The notes: a model not told the origin generated them from the sequence alone. A stretch of 64,000 nt of DNA from Methanotrichaceae archaeon (GCA_963803145.1 CAWDLW010000043.1:1-64000); one strand, 5' to 3'; positions 30,254 to 40,197 are shown, counted from the stretch's first letter. Made by a program: numbers and translations.

Positions 30254-32850
30254 GCTTTTCCTTCCCGATACTTGGTTAACATCTCTCGCAGCAGCTCTAT
30301 ATTTCCTAACCACTGGAGCTGGTAAGGCTCTTTTGTCTCGGCACTGGAACCTTCGGATAAGTATTCAAGATTTTCATTTAACAAATATCTTGAATCGCCT
30401 ATCAGTATCACCTCTCCTTGGCCGACTCTCTTCGATATTATTAGGTTGTATTCGCGCCCGCTATAATTCAACCAAGTTATTATGCTGTAGTTACCAGCAG
30501 CCGTGACAGGGTAGGCATCCATGAACTTAGGTTGATGCCAGTATTTTTCCAGGTTTTCTGGCGTCACTGTTCCCTGACCCATGGTTCCTGTTCCGTGAGT
30601 ATCGACGATCCATGGAGGTGAGCCGAGGGGAAGATCGCCTATATGAAGTCCAAAGGAACTTAGTATTGAGTCAAGCGAGTCCGAGCTCTTATGGCCTGCA
30701 CTTATGACCAGCAAGCCGCCTTTGTCCACAAAGCTTCTTACAGCGGATGCTTCCTCCTGGGTATAACCGGCATTGGGAGCTATGATGAACATGAGCTTTC
30801 CGGTTTGAAGCCCCGGAAAACCATTTTTGTCATCTATAACCATCGGCAGATAGCCATTTCTGTAGAGATTTATCACCAATCCTGCAATGCTGTCGTCCTG
30901 GAAGTTCTCCATATTGAACTGGTTTAAATGTGAGTGGTCTATAAAGGCCACATTTTCATTTGTTCCTGTTGAGCCTTCGATTAGAGATCCATTTATGCCT
31001 TCAGCGATTACAAGCGAAAGGGCAATGATCACTGCAAATGAAGCGATCAGCGAGATCGTGACTTTGATATGACGTCGCATGATAACGATATATGTGATCA
31101 GAGCCGCAAGTATTACAAACGATAACCAGACAAGGTCTGAAGCATAACCCAACTCCCTGCTCATCAACCAGGCGATGGAATCGCAGACCATATTATATCT
31201 GAATGGCAGCACTGAGTTGAATATATAAGATGTGTCTCCGAACACAAGCACATTGCCCTTGCCGTAGGTTGAGGACGCAGCAACGACCAGATCGCCTAAC
31301 TCTTCTCCTTTTTCGTATGTCCTGTTCCCAAGGTGTCCAGACGAATTCGGGTTGGGTTTATCCGAGAACGAATACCGACCAATGAGGATAGGTCTCGCGT
31401 TTCCCTGCAGATCAAGAGACGCTCCGACTGATGAGGTAGTGATCTCAAACCCCATGTTTCTGGTAATATAATGAGGCAGAGGTATATCGGAATATGTCCA
31501 ATGGCCCTGGATATTATCGGCGGTGTCGGTGTTAATCTTGATTCCCGTGGGCTCGAGCACCTCGTCCAGGTAATCCTTTCCAGATGCATAATCCTGATCT
31601 GAAACAAACATGGAAGTATGATCTGCAAAGACTAGAAGATTTCCGCCACTTTTTATAAACTCATGGATATCGTTTAACTCAGATGAGCTGAATTCTTTGT
31701 TCAAATTTATCATCATCAATACACCGGCACCGTTAAGCGCTTCTTTTAAAGTGTGCGGATCGGTGTCGTTAAGCTCCTCAACTGAATACCCGAGATTCTT
31801 CAGATAAAGTCTCAAAGCACCAACTGAAAAATCAGTTTCAGGCATAAAGGATTGGTTTAGTCCTGGAAACTTGGGAATATAGAAGCCCATCGAGGAGTTC
31901 CGTTCATAAATAACCACCTTGTTTGCGTTGCCGGGAATGCTATAATACGGAAAAATACAGATCAGCGTCAGAGAAAGAAATAATGCAGTTAGTATGACGG
32001 CATTCCTTGATATTGGGACCGGAGATCCATAATCTATGGGTCTGACTTTGAGTCCAGGAATGAACAATATAAAAGGTATAAGAAGAATAAAAAAAGCCCA
32101 GTAAAGGTTATCCATAGCCATACCTGCAGTCATCCAGTCGGTGGAAAGGACCCAGATGTAACATCCATAAGCCAGAGGTAGCCCGACAGCAGATGCCAGG
32201 ATCTTCCATTGCCGGGACCTTTCTCTTTCGGACAGAATAAAAAACGCTGCCGCACAAGAGACAAATGTCAGGAGGATCAAGGTACCGCTCATTGTGGGAC
32301 CTATATTCAACTGGACTCCTGAAAGCCGACCTATGATACCCGAAATCATTTCAGACAGCGATCTGATTTGCATCCATATCATGGGGACATGTATATAAAA
32401 TATATAAAAGATGGTATAAATTGTACTTCCCAGGGCAAGGGCGATCAGATGGCCATCATTATCATTGGCTGATTTTGATATTAAATCCAATCCGCAAACG
32501 AATATTATAAGGCCGATAAGCCAGAATTCCGGGCTAAGTGTGAAAAGAATTGTCGAAAAAGATGCCAAAAGAAGCGCCATTCCCAAAACAGCAGGCGTTC
32601 TTTTAGATATGTTTACATAATTATTGGTATATAATAATAATGTTCCTGCCAATGACAGGACTCCACATAAGCGGAAAAATATTGGCGATCCATATCCTAA
32701 ATTTAGAGAAAAAGCATTTAATGTAAATAAAATTAAAGCAATAGATATCCATTTTTTCATCAGTAATTTGATTTCACTTAAAAAGTTTATTTTGGATTTA
32801 ATATTTATCCCCTTATCGACTTGCATTGAAATCTTACTCGACCCCCACAT
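30250..32850 (-). CDS. Multi-TM membrane protein with two GATase1-like (GldG/DUF4350-like) soluble domains, paralog A
   Basis: About 9-10 TMs; domain 1 ELNDIHEFIKSGGNLLVFADHTS...GKGNVLVFGDTS; two TMs; domain 2 FIDHSH...EASAVRSFVDKGGLLVI...GQGEVILIGDS. The start may be ATG 32760. Confidence 0.75.
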   Translation of the reverse strand: MWGSSKISMQVDKGINIKSKINFLSEIKLLMKKWISIALILFTLNAFSLNLGYGSPIFFRLCGVLSLAGTLLLYTNNYVNISKRTPAVLGMALLLASFSTILFTLSPEFWLIGLIIFVCGLDLISKSANDNDGHLIALALGSTIYTIFYIFYIHVPMIWMQIRSLSEMISGIIGRLSGVQLNIGPTMSGTLILLTFVSCAAAFFILSERERSRQWKILASAVGLPLAYGCYIWVLSTDWMTAGMAMDNLYWAFFILLIPFILFIPGLKVRPIDYGSPVPISRNAVILTALFLSLTLICIFPYYSIPGNANKVVIYERNSSMGFYIPKFPGLNQSFMPETDFSVGALRLYLKNLGYSVEELNDTDPHTLKEALNGAGVLMMINLNKEFSSSELNDIHEFIKSGGNLLVFADHTSMFVSDQDYASGKDYLDEVLEPTGIKINTDTADNIQGHWTYSDIPLPHYITRNMGFEITTSSVGASLDLQGNARPILIGRYSFSDKPNPNSSGHLGNRTYEKGEELGDLVVAASSTYGKGNVLVFGDTSYIFNSVLPFRYNMVCDSIAWLMSRELGYASDLVWLSFVILAALITYIVIMRRHIKVTISLIASFAVIIALSLVIAEGINGSLIEGSTGTNENVAFIDHSHLNQFNMENFQDDSIAGLVINLYRNGYLPMVIDDKNGFPGLQTGKLMFIIAPNAGYTQEEASAVRSFVDKGGLLVISAGHKSSDSLDSILSSFGLHIGDLPLGSPPWIVDTHGTGTMGQGTVTPENLEKYWHQPKFMDAYPVTAAGNYSIITWLNYSGREYNLIISKRVGQGEVILIGDSRYLLNENLEYLSEGSSAETKEPYQLQWLGNIELLREMLTKYREGKA

Positions 32851-33066
32851 CCTTCGCAGTCCTATTTCAACTGCAGATATAATTCTGTCGGTCTTTTATC
32901 GGAAACCAGATGCCAGCGATAAACATCGGCGGAAATAAAATTGTTCAAAATGACGAAGAATACGAACTCCTCGATAGTTTTTTATACTTTATTCCAAATT
33001 CGTCAATAACAGAAAGAAATTTGAAGTGGAGTGAATTAGTTTTTTGAGGGAACAAGGAGGGTTTAA

Positions 33067-34482
33067 ATGAAACTAAGATTGGAATTGCTAGTAGCCATTG
33101 GTTTTTTAATAGCAATATTAAATGTGGCCATATCCTTTGGCGCTAGCTCAGATGCCAATGCAAATGATCCTAACTTCTCACCTCTTTATGATTATAGGTA
33201 TCAGCAGGTTAGTGAGAAGCTGGGGGTTTTGGCAAATGGAACTTCAGATAGCAAATTGAGCTATGGCAGCATAAAGACGACGAGTTTGCATCCAGAAAGC
33301 GCAGTTGAAGGGACTGCATGCAAACTTACTATCAAAAGTGATGAATCTGGGGCTCAAGATACCTCTAAATGCTTCAACCAAATAGGGGATACCGTCTATG
33401 AGACCTGTGGCGATTGGCCGACATGCAGTAGCACTTGTGGCAGCACTTGCGCTGCATCCTGCGGCGACTCCTGCAGCGACACTTGCGGTAGCACTTGTGG
33501 CAGCACTTGTGCCTACTCTTGCGGCAGCACATGTACCCTTGATACTTGTAGCAGCACTTGCGCCGACTCCTGTGGCAGCACTTGCGGTAGCACTTGTGGC
33601 AGCACTTGTGCCTACTCTTGCGGCAGCACATGTACCCTTGATACTTGTAGCAGCACTTGCGCCGACTCCTGTGGTAGCACTTGTGGCAGCACTTGTGGCA
33701 GCACTTGTGCCTACTCTTGCGGCAGCACATGTACCCTTGATACTTGTAGCAGCACTTGCGCTGCATCCTGTGGCAGCACTTGTGGAAGTACTTGCGCTGC
33801 ATCCTGTGGTGGCACATGTACCCTTAATACTTGCGTCAGCACCTGCGGCAGCACTTGCGCTAACACCTGTCGTGGCACATGTGGCAGCACTTGCGCTAAC
33901 ACCTGTCGTGGCACATGTGGCAGCACCTGCGGCAGCACTTGCGCCAATACCTGTCGTGGCACATGCTCAGCTACCTGTTGGGCCACTTGTAGCCCCAAGT
34001 GTATACCTGCCCCCATACCCATAGTTCCAGCAGTCAATAGTGTGCTGAAAAATATCCCTTATGCCAATAATACACTCAAATCTCTACCGGCAGCAGAACA
34101 AAACAGGCTGTATCCATATAACATCCAAAAATACCCACCTCAATCGGTTTACTATCAAGGAACAATTATTCCTTGGTCAGCATTCCTCCAGAGCTTCAAT
34201 GGAGATCAACCACTAGCGTGGATCGATATCATAGGCGGTTGGGGTGTTACTGCAAAAACTCCTCAAAACACCTGGGTGCCTGAGATCTTCTATGTCCCGA
34301 CAGCCGGAAGACTGACATTGATCGAGACATCACCAGACGGCAGGACCATTACACTGGACTTTGGTAGCACTACACCAGGGTACAAATACCTGTGGTTCAA
34401 TGTAAACCAGCTTGGCAAATTTACAGATGCCTTCGCTATAGGGTATATATCAAGCAATAGTGTAACATTATACGGGTATTAG
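33067..34482 (+). CDS. Secreted protein with a long Cys-x3 (S/T-C) repeat array and a globular C-terminal domain
   Basis: GGAGG RBS and signal peptide; about 200-aa array of 49 Cys (TCGSTCAYSCGSTCTLDTC...); Cys-free aromatic-rich C-terminal domain. Confidence 0.85.
   Translation: MKLRLELLVAIGFLIAILNVAISFGASSDANANDPNFSPLYDYRYQQVSEKLGVLANGTSDSKLSYGSIKTTSLHPESAVEGTACKLTIKSDESGAQDTSKCFNQIGDTVYETCGDWPTCSSTCGSTCAASCGDSCSDTCGSTCGSTCAYSCGSTCTLDTCSSTCADSCGSTCGSTCGSTCAYSCGSTCTLDTCSSTCADSCGSTCGSTCGSTCAYSCGSTCTLDTCSSTCAASCGSTCGSTCAASCGGTCTLNTCVSTCGSTCANTCRGTCGSTCANTCRGTCGSTCGSTCANTCRGTCSATCWATCSPKCIPAPIPIVPAVNSVLKNIPYANNTLKSLPAAEQNRLYPYNIQKYPPQSVYYQGTIIPWSAFLQSFNGDQPLAWIDIIGGWGVTAKTPQNTWVPEIFYVPTAGRLTLIETSPDGRTITLDFGSTTPGYKYLWFNVNQLGKFTDAFAIGYISSNSVTLYGY
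33403..34002 (+). repeat. Coding tandem repeat: 12-bp units (e.g. ggcagcacttgt) organised in about 3 copies of a 99-bp higher-order unit
   Basis: 33481-33579 recurs at 33580 and 33679; 36-bp GSTCANTCRGTC-type units follow later. Confidence 0.9.
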
Positions 34483-34490
34483 GTGAGAAG

Positions 34491-34526
34491 GTATCCCAAG
34501 CCAAATCTTGGGATGCCATATTTTTG
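34491..34526 (+). terminator. Putative terminator hairpin
   Basis: gtatcccaag-ccaaat-cttgggatgc followed by a T tract. Confidence 0.55.
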
Positions 34527-34629
34527 AAATGTGTCTTGATGTCACCAATACAACAGTTCAGGCATTGCTTGGAAAGGGCAGAGAACTCAATCTCAGCCAT
34601 GTTATGCATAAATAGCTAGAAGGCAGGCC

Positions 34630-36588
34630 TTAAGTTTGCTTGAGCTTCTTGCGCTCTTCTTTTCTTCTCTCAACCCTATAATCGCGTAGCATGCCCTCCA
34701 GCCAGTCAGCTTTACGTTCAGCCTGGCGAAGCTTCATCTTATCCTGCCACTGCCCCAATGCAGCCTCAACATTGTCGGGCTTGACAAAGGCAACGCCATC
34801 TACCTTGTGGATCTGAACCTCCCTGCTTGAGAAGACGGGTATACCCTTCTCATAGAAGTATTCTCTAACTGCAGGGGCCATATCGCCGTCTGTTATCACA
34901 GCCTTGATACTCCTCTCAACCAGAAGGTCTGTTGTATTCGGCCCACCGCCGCTCGCATCCTCCAGCAGCACAACATCACCCTTCTCTATCCCCCAACGCT
35001 CAGAAGCCGCAGCAATAGATTCCTTTGAAAACGTTTCCAGCACCTTAAGCCTCTGGTAGCCCTTCATCTCCTCAATCTTCTCTGCCTTCTTCTGCTTATT
35101 CCGGTCCTGCTTCAGCTTGCGGATGTACTTGCGTTCTGAACGCAGCAGTGCACGTAAGCGATCGATCTCCTTATCCCTTATCTTTATCTCCTGGTCTCGT
35201 TTGATCTCCCTGGCGGCCTTATCCCTCATCCTATCCATCTTGTTCTCTAACCTGTTCAGGGCATCATTCCTCTCAGCCAGATCAGCATTCAGCTCGTCCA
35301 CATAAGCCCTCAATGTTTTGATCTGTTCAGCAAGCTGCTGGTTCTGGCTTCTTAAGGCTGCCACATCTGGTGCCACTACAGCCTCGGAAGGTGGAGCAGG
35401 CCTCGCCTCATGAATGGGTTGGGCTGTAAACTCTGCTATGGCATTCTCTATCGAATAGCCCTTCACAACCAGCGCCTTGACTTCGTCAGGATCTACTTCA
35501 GGAGGGACCTTTTTGTCGACCTGCATGAACTTGTTTTTATATTTTTTATAAGCGCTTATTGCTGCAGCCAATGAGTCGCGCTCATGATCGTTCCTGTAGC
35601 CGAACTCCTTTGCAAGGGCTATCTTTTCCTCTGCAGGCACATCAGAACCAGGGGAATAAAGAACTGCATTGAAGGCTCTCTTAACCTTCTCAACTGCGCC
35701 TGGCGTTGGGAAGACATCTGTTGCGACAATTAACGGCCTTCCTCTGGCGGCGATCCACTCGATAACATCAGAAGAGGACATCTCTCTGGCACTTATGACC
35801 TCGATCAGGTCTCCACCCAGTGTCAGGGCTGCGATGCCAGTCGTTGTCCCTGGATCAAGGCCGATTATAGTTAGCTCGCGTCTCTGTGCCAGCGGTTTGT
35901 ACTGAAGCTGAGGCCTCTCTACGCCCTGCACCTTTACCTGAGCATCGCAATAGTAGCCTGGACTCACATGCACCTTCTCACGGGGCGCATCTACAACGAA
36001 CTCTGCCCTGGTGTATCCGCCTAAGCCTTCGGCTGCCCTGCTTGTGAAATCCAGGCCGGCTTCCCGGAGCTGGCTTTCAACCTCACGAGCCAAGCCCTTC
36101 ACCGCGCCATGGATCTTCCTAGAGTATCTGTTCTGGCTCCAGCCGCCTCTTCCAGGGCTGCGTCTTCGGCTCACTTTAATCCATGTTCTATCCTCGAAGG
36201 CAGAGAGAACCTGGCCAATGCCCTTGGCCGCAAGGCGGGCGCACACCTCGGCTTCCTCAAGAGGATTCAGTCTATCAAATGTTATGCCATGCCATTTTGC
36301 GATCTTAGTTAGAGCCTCAGGCTTATCTCCTCCTGTAACCTGTACGAGCTTTGTGGAGGGTGGAAGGCGTCTGAGAAGCGAAATGAGCTCCGCCCGATCT
36401 GATGCAAGCTCATGAACGTTATCCATTGCAACTATTTCGGGCTGTTTTTCCCTTATCAGCCGGATCAGCTTATGCCTGCTGATCATGTGATATGTTGATT
36501 TGTTATCTCCGTCCAAGATTACCAATGAGTAGCTTGGTGGGCGGCGGCTGTTTGGAGAACCACTGGCGATATCAACGCCAAATATCAT
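34630..36588 (-). CDS. DUF460 domain protein (RNase H-like domains plus coiled coil)
   Basis: IFGVDI, RSPGRGGWSQNRY, IIGLDPGTTTGIA and NDHERDSLAAA motifs. Confidence 0.85.
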   Translation of the reverse strand: MIFGVDIASGSPNSRRPPSYSLVILDGDNKSTYHMISRHKLIRLIREKQPEIVAMDNVHELASDRAELISLLRRLPPSTKLVQVTGGDKPEALTKIAKWHGITFDRLNPLEEAEVCARLAAKGIGQVLSAFEDRTWIKVSRRRSPGRGGWSQNRYSRKIHGAVKGLAREVESQLREAGLDFTSRAAEGLGGYTRAEFVVDAPREKVHVSPGYYCDAQVKVQGVERPQLQYKPLAQRRELTIIGLDPGTTTGIAALTLGGDLIEVISAREMSSSDVIEWIAARGRPLIVATDVFPTPGAVEKVKRAFNAVLYSPGSDVPAEEKIALAKEFGYRNDHERDSLAAAISAYKKYKNKFMQVDKKVPPEVDPDEVKALVVKGYSIENAIAEFTAQPIHEARPAPPSEAVVAPDVAALRSQNQQLAEQIKTLRAYVDELNADLAERNDALNRLENKMDRMRDKAAREIKRDQEIKIRDKEIDRLRALLRSERKYIRKLKQDRNKQKKAEKIEEMKGYQRLKVLETFSKESIAAASERWGIEKGDVVLLEDASGGGPNTTDLLVERSIKAVITDGDMAPAVREYFYEKGIPVFSSREVQIHKVDGVAFVKPDNVEAALGQWQDKMKLRQAERKADWLEGMLRDYRVERRKEERKKLKQT

Positions 36589-37460
36589 ACGGTCTCCTTG
36601 CTGACGGCCCTCACTGTAGACAGGGCATCCTCCGAAGGCATATCTATCCTATATCTGCGCTCGAAGAACCTCAAGATGTTGCCAACATCCCTCTCCAAAA
36701 GCTCAGCCGCGCTTGGGTGATTGATATCAACTGCCTGTGGCCAATCGATTATCTTAAGATCATCCTCCATTACGATCACGTTGAATTCGCTCAGATCCGC
36801 GTGAATGATGCCTTTCTCATAGGTTTTCCTGACCTCATCAAGGATAATCTCCAAACATTCCTGAGGATCGCTGAGGATCACCCGGTTGAGCTGATCGCCG
36901 GATAAGAGTTCCATCGCCAGTGCATGTCTGCTGATTGCCACAGGTTTTGGAATGGATACATCTGGATAAAGCCTCTTCATAATTTGGAACTCATGACGTG
37001 CAGCCAGAGATGCGGCATAAAGCCAGGGGACCCTAGGCATATCCTTGAGATGGTCGCGCGCCCGGCGCACATGCTTAAAACTTGTCCGCCCCTGGCGGTG
37101 AAATTTTATCACAAGAGGAATTTCGCCAAGGGCATCGAACACAACGGACTCCTTACCAACTCCTACCCTGCCTCCGATGCATTTTACAAAATCGCGCTCT
37201 ACCAGGTCTGAGAGCGCTATGAGATCATATGCATCAAAATCTATCTGATAGCCCTCATAGTGCATTGTCGTTCTAGTGACAAGCTTCGCTTCAGAAAGGA
37301 TATGCAACCGGTATTCAGCCTTGCGAAGGTTGATGCCGGATAAACGCGAAATCTCAGGGAGAGGGACCCATTCATAATCCCTCATCCCTGCCTCAATTGA
37401 GCCGAGGATAGTTAGGTCTTCTTTGCTCAGCTTTAGAAAGGTCTCTGCGAGGTTGTCCAC
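36585..37460 (-). CDS. rio2: RIO2-family serine/threonine kinase
   Basis: N-terminal wHTH; GVGKES, KFHRQGRTSF, HADLSEFN and IDWPQ motifs. Confidence 0.9.
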   Translation of the reverse strand: MDNLAETFLKLSKEDLTILGSIEAGMRDYEWVPLPEISRLSGINLRKAEYRLHILSEAKLVTRTTMHYEGYQIDFDAYDLIALSDLVERDFVKCIGGRVGVGKESVVFDALGEIPLVIKFHRQGRTSFKHVRRARDHLKDMPRVPWLYAASLAARHEFQIMKRLYPDVSIPKPVAISRHALAMELLSGDQLNRVILSDPQECLEIILDEVRKTYEKGIIHADLSEFNVIVMEDDLKIIDWPQAVDINHPSAAELLERDVGNILRFFERRYRIDMPSEDALSTVRAVSKETV

Positions 37461-37491
37461 GTATTCTAGTTTGTCTTATTCGACTAAATCT

Positions 37492-38691
37492 TTACCTCTG
37501 AAATCCTGCCCATCTGCTCTCCAGATCGGCAGATCTGACGGTTTCCATCACATAATCCGCGAACTGCGCGCCCGTAGCACCATCCGGCCGCCCAGTAATT
37601 GCAACCTTCCTCTCAAACTGTCCGCAGATATCAAGGGCCATCTCCATTCTCTTGGCCTTCTCAATGAACCCTATGTGCCTGAGCAGCATCACAGCAGCCC
37701 TCATTATGCTTGAAGGATCAGCGTATTCTGCTCTACCCTCCTGCACCATCCTCGGGGCAGACCCGTGAATAGCCTCGAACATGGCGTATCTCTTTCCAAT
37801 ATTCGCGCTTCCTGCAGTTCCCACGCCTCCCTGGAACTCTGCTGCCTCATCTGTGAGGATGTCGCCATACAGGTTCGGAAGCACTATCACCTTGAACTGA
37901 GTCCGCCTCTTTGGATCGATAAGCTTGGCTGCCATGATATCTACAAACCAGTCATCGAACTCGATTCCAGGATATTCGCGGGATATCTTTCTGGCAGTCT
38001 CAAGGAATTTGCCGTCAGTGGTCTTGATAACGTTAGCTTTTGTCACTGCAGATACGCGATTGATGCCGTTGTTCTTGGCATACTCAAAGGCGAGGCGGAT
38101 GATTCTGTCGGAACCTTGTGTAGTTATGACTTTAAAGTCCACTGCCAGATCATCTGTCACATTGAACCCCTTGCTTCCCAGGATGTACTCGCCCTCTGTA
38201 TTCTCCCTGAAGAATATCCAATCTATTCCCTGTTCAGGGACCTTGACAGGACGTACATTGGCAAACAGATCGAGCTCACGGCGCATGGCTACATTGGCGC
38301 TCTCAAGATTTGGCCATGGATCGCCCTTCTTCGGCGTTGTCAGAGGCCCTTTCAAAAGGACATGACATTTCTTTAACTCCTCAAGCGCCGTATCTGGCAG
38401 GGCCTTCATGGCCTTGGCACGTTCCTCGATGGTCAGACCATCGATCTGCCTCAGCTCGACAGTCCCTTGCGCGAGCTCATCATTAAGCAGATACTTGAGA
38501 ACACGAACTGCCTCGCGGGTTATATAAGGCCCGATCCCATCTCCACCCACTACTCCTACTACTATCGGTTTCACCTTGGAGTAGTCAACCCAATCGGCAC
38601 CAGCCTTCATCGCTTCAACATATCTGAGCTGTTGCTCAATGAGCTTGCCGAAATGCTCCTTCGCCTTCTCCACTACCTCGGGTTGCGTCAT
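37492..38691 (-). CDS. Isocitrate/isopropylmalate dehydrogenase family protein
   Basis: GDGIGP, KGPLTTP, SANVAMRR, RENTEGEY, NLYGDILTD and FEAIHGSAP motifs. Confidence 0.9.
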   Translation of the reverse strand: MTQPEVVEKAKEHFGKLIEQQLRYVEAMKAGADWVDYSKVKPIVVGVVGGDGIGPYITREAVRVLKYLLNDELAQGTVELRQIDGLTIEERAKAMKALPDTALEELKKCHVLLKGPLTTPKKGDPWPNLESANVAMRRELDLFANVRPVKVPEQGIDWIFFRENTEGEYILGSKGFNVTDDLAVDFKVITTQGSDRIIRLAFEYAKNNGINRVSAVTKANVIKTTDGKFLETARKISREYPGIEFDDWFVDIMAAKLIDPKRRTQFKVIVLPNLYGDILTDEAAEFQGGVGTAGSANIGKRYAMFEAIHGSAPRMVQEGRAEYADPSSIMRAAVMLLRHIGFIEKAKRMEMALDICGQFERKVAITGRPDGATGAQFADYVMETVRSADLESRWAGFQR

Positions 38692-38928
38692 GTAGTGCGA
38701 TGATACATCCTAAGCACATCAATCTTTTGAGAGAGCAGCAGAGATATAAGCACGAATAGCCACGACCTAAGCTACATGGAGACAGGCACTATCATATTCT
38801 ATGCAGTATTATTCCTCTTGGCATTCATGATCGCCAGGATTATCATGAGAATCATTAGAGGCTACTAAATCATCTTGAACCAGCCTCTGGCGACAGGCTT
38901 AATATCAATTCTATAGTAACTGTACAGC

Positions 38929-40197
38929 ATGTTTCCCCATGTCCTTGCCACAGTCGGCGGCTCCGGGACACGTCTATATCCACTCACCCTAGAGCAGCCG
39001 AAACCGCTGGTGGAGCTATGTGACACAGCAATCATAGCGATACTTTTCAGAGTCCTGGCAATACAGGGCTGCAGGAAATTCATTCTGGGCAGCAAGGGCG
39101 CAAATAATACGCTAAACCTTAGCAACTACTTCAAAGCCGGAGAGGGTTTTTTCAGGAGGATGGGCATCGATGATCATGAAGACTTCAGCTATCAGCCGTT
39201 ATACGATGATAAGGGCAGTGCCGATTCAATGAAATATTGCATAAATTATTTTGATATAAACGATGACCTGTTAGTCGTATCCGGCGATAATCTAATTGAT
39301 ATAGATCTCAATAAGTTCGTCAACTTCCACCATGAACACAAGCCCATACTTACTGTTGCCTTAAAGGAGCTAGGCCCAGAGGAAAACGTTTCTCAGTACG
39401 GAGTTGCTAAGATCGATGAGGATATGCGCATTAAGGGCTTCGTAGAAAAGCCCAGGGACGGAACAGAGCCAAGCAGGATGATCAACACCGCCTTCTACTT
39501 ATTTTCACCCGAAATTCGCGATGTTCTTAACGAGATGGGAGAATCTGCAAAAGATATTGGCGGGGACCTTATACCATACCTTACTGAGAATGGCTATCCA
39601 GTCTACGGCTACCCTATCAGCGGCTACTGGATAGATATAGGCACACCTGATAGGCTTCATCAGGCTGCCATGGATTGCTTAGGAGGCAGGGTCAGGCATT
39701 TCGATAGGAAATATCAGTATGGTCCGAATCAGTGGGTACACCCAAGCACTTTAGAGAGGATAAGGGAATATCTGGACACTGGGGAGATAAAACTTATAGG
39801 AAATGTGTCCATCGGAAGGAACTGCCTCATAGAGCGCGGCACGGTAATAGAAAATTCGCACATCGGCCATACGAGCCTAATAGGTCGAAATACAGAGATA
39901 AGAAACAGCCTCGTAATGAGCTTCTGCAACATTAAGCGCGGAGTCGTTATGAACCGTGCCATTATCGGTAGGCATTCAATAATTGAGGCTAACAGCATTC
40001 TAAGTGCAAATGGAGGAGACAATAGCAAAGTACCTGTCGTTGGCGAGAATGTTATTTTGCCTGCAGAGTCAGTTGTTGGCGCAGGAACTAGGATTGCCCC
40101 TCTAAAACATAGCCATAGTATCCTTGCCACAGGCAGATTTGCAGAGCTTGGAATCGATGATAAAAATATTTACTTTACAGAAAAGACGCATAAATAA
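38929..40197 (+). CDS. NDP-sugar synthase / sugar-phosphate nucleotidyltransferase
   Basis: GGSGTRLYPLT...KP, SGD, FVEKP, YWIDIGT and C-terminal hexapeptide repeats. Confidence 0.88.
   Translation: MFPHVLATVGGSGTRLYPLTLEQPKPLVELCDTAIIAILFRVLAIQGCRKFILGSKGANNTLNLSNYFKAGEGFFRRMGIDDHEDFSYQPLYDDKGSADSMKYCINYFDINDDLLVVSGDNLIDIDLNKFVNFHHEHKPILTVALKELGPEENVSQYGVAKIDEDMRIKGFVEKPRDGTEPSRMINTAFYLFSPEIRDVLNEMGESAKDIGGDLIPYLTENGYPVYGYPISGYWIDIGTPDRLHQAAMDCLGGRVRHFDRKYQYGPNQWVHPSTLERIREYLDTGEIKLIGNVSIGRNCLIERGTVIENSHIGHTSLIGRNTEIRNSLVMSFCNIKRGVVMNRAIIGRHSIIEANSILSANGGDNSKVPVVGENVILPAESVVGAGTRIAPLKHSHSILATGRFAELGIDDKNIYFTEKTHK

Noticed and set aside
33403-34002. CRISPR array
   Set aside because: Contiguous in-frame tandem units with no unique spacers, and no cas genes in the window.
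33374-34037. Alternative-frame ORFs over the Cys array (Ala/Leu/Val-rich 33398..34024; minus-strand 33374..33817 and 33711..34037)
   Set aside because: They are stop-free only because of the 12-bp repeat. Only 33067..34482 has an RBS, a signal peptide and non-repetitive flanking domains.
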